DNA from: an uncultured Acidobacteriota bacterium
GTDB taxonomy: Bacteria; Acidobacteriota; Thermoanaerobaculia; UBA5066; Gp7-AA6
Assembly: GCA_963707935.1 (NCBI GenBank)
Contig: CAVPRN010000005.1
Coordinates: 1,426,837 to 1,490,836 of the forward strand
DNA: 64,000 bases
Reading direction: 5' to 3'
Shown here: piece by piece, positions 63,099 through 64,000 of the stretch
How the letters are laid out: each line of letters opens with the position of its first letter
Position numbering within the stretch: position 1 is the stretch's first letter
Translations under genes and position numbers: made by a program
The notes under the pieces: generated by a model
The model's database searches: none
The model's input: only the letters and a program-made list of their open reading frames with translations
What the model was told of the DNA's origin: nothing

Positions 63099-64000
63099 CT
63101 ACTTTCTCCGCCGCAACGTGGAGACGACGAGCACCGGACGCCGGCTGACCGCGAGCAGACGCCGCGTCACGCTGCCCAGCGCCCACTCTTCCATGGCACC
63201 CCTTCCCTGCCGTCCGACGGCGAGCAGGTCCGCCCGACGGCGGGCGGCCCGCGCGGCGAGCGAGACGGCGACAGGCTCGGTCCTCCTCGGCTCGACGAGC
63301 TGCAGGCTCGCCCGCATCCCCCCGGCGCGGGCGGCGCGCTCCGCGACGGCGAGGGCCTTGCGAAGAGACCGTCGCTCGCCCGCCGCGAGTGCGTCGTAGG
63401 GCATGAGAGCGAGGATCGCCGACGAGAAGCCGAGCGCCAGGTCGCGCCGCAGCGTGCCGACGGTCGCGACCTCGAGCTCTCCGCGAGAGCGGCGGGCCAG
63501 ACGCGCGGCCACGCGGATCGCGGCGGCGGAAGCCCTCGAGCCGTCCGTGGCCGCCAGGATGCGAAGCGGGCCTCCGGCGGGGCGCGTGAAGGCCGGGACG
63601 ACGAGCACGGGTCGCCTCGCCGTGTGAATCAATCGCCGGGCCACGCTGCCAAGCAGCGCCCGGCCCGCCGCCCCCCGCCCGTGGGTGCCGACGACGATCA
63701 GGTCGGCTCCGAGCGAGGCGGCGGCGCGCTCGATCGCGCGCGCGACGGGCTCGACCCGGTGGGCCTCGACGTAACGGCGCCGGGCCGTCACGCCGAAGCG
63801 CGCCGCCTCCTTCGCGCCGCCGTCGAGGGCCTGGTCGGCCCAACGTCGATACTCCTCGGCCATGGTACGCCGGGCGAGGGGCGAGAGCCGCGGCGCTTCA
63901 AGGAGAGACGCCGGCGCATCGCCGACGACGAGAAGGTCGAGCCGCGCGCGGGAGACAGAAGCCAGCCAGGCGGCGCACCGCACGGCCACTTCGGCCTGGC
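63099..64000 (-). CDS. tandem universal stress protein; the 5' end lies beyond the right edge
   Basis: Two USP repeats: ..LIVVGTHGRGAAGRALLGSVARRLIHTARRPVLVV and LRILAATDGS..LLAVGRQGRGAMEEWALGSVTRRLLAVSRRPVLVV. The reading frame is open to the window end. Confidence 0.85.
   Translation of the reverse strand, partial: QAEVAVRCAAWLASVSRARLDLLVVGDAPASLLEAPRLSPLARRTMAEEYRRWADQALDGGAKEAARFGVTARRRYVEAHRVEPVARAIERAAASLGADLIVVGTHGRGAAGRALLGSVARRLIHTARRPVLVVPAFTRPAGGPLRILAATDGSRASAAAIRVAARLARRSRGELEVATVGTLRRDLALGFSSAILALMPYDALAAGERRSLRKALAVAERAARAGGMRASLQLVEPRRTEPVAVSLAARAARRRADLLAVGRQGRGAMEEWALGSVTRRLLAVSRRPVLVVSTLRRRK

Noticed and set aside
1-64000. I searched for mobile elements, CRISPR arrays, tRNA or rRNA genes and phage- or defence-type genes.
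   Set aside because: I saw no direct-repeat arrays, no transposase, integrase or recombinase-like translations, and no tRNA-like cloverleaf regions. The small HTH at 20851 is excisionase-like in fold only and has no integrase partner.

Overview
This is a high-GC (roughly 70%) bacterial chromosomal segment with dense operons. I saw no rRNA, tRNA, CRISPR array, transposase or integrase. There are three functional blocks.

1. **Minus strand, about 2.1-15.2 kb: membrane-bound uptake [NiFe]-hydrogenase island.**
   - Structural genes: Tat small subunit, large subunit and b-type cytochrome.
   - Maturation and accessory genes: maturation protease, a lipoprotein cytochrome c, hypF-C-D-E, hypA-B and a Ni/Co transporter.
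   - A formyltransferase-like gene and a crotonase-like gene sit between hypE and hypA. Together they look like a split HypX.

2. **About 15.6-32.7 kb: nitrogen-oxide block.**
   - It opens with a ScdA_N-NnrS fusion, a flavoprotein, a Crp/Fnr regulator and a radical-SAM-like gene.
   - A 12-kb plus-strand operon follows: HTH, GltD-like NAD(P)H flavoprotein, Rieske, cytochrome b, pentaheme cytochrome c, clade II nosZ, nosB, D, F, L, hemerythrin, nosY.

3. **About 33-64 kb plus the left edge: stress or dormancy-type genes.**
   - Four USPs, four CBS-pair proteins, two BON proteins, Hsp20 and two alpha-glucan phosphorylases.
   - Erythromycin-esterase-like protein, two phosphoribosyltransferases, a PfkB kinase and a P-type ATPase.
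   - SulP, MgtC-like protein, a MacAB-type efflux set, a GGDEF protein and a PAS-LuxR regulator.

**Most notable signal.** A 16-bp palindrome, TGATG-N6-CATCA, recurs in at least 11 intergenic promoter regions across all three blocks. A separate ATGAC-N4-GTCAT box lies in front of nnrS and the nos operon.

**Caveat.** At least 14 otherwise well-conserved genes have broken reading frames. These are probably assembly indels, but true pseudogenes cannot be excluded. All homology calls come from reading the translations by eye; no database search was run.
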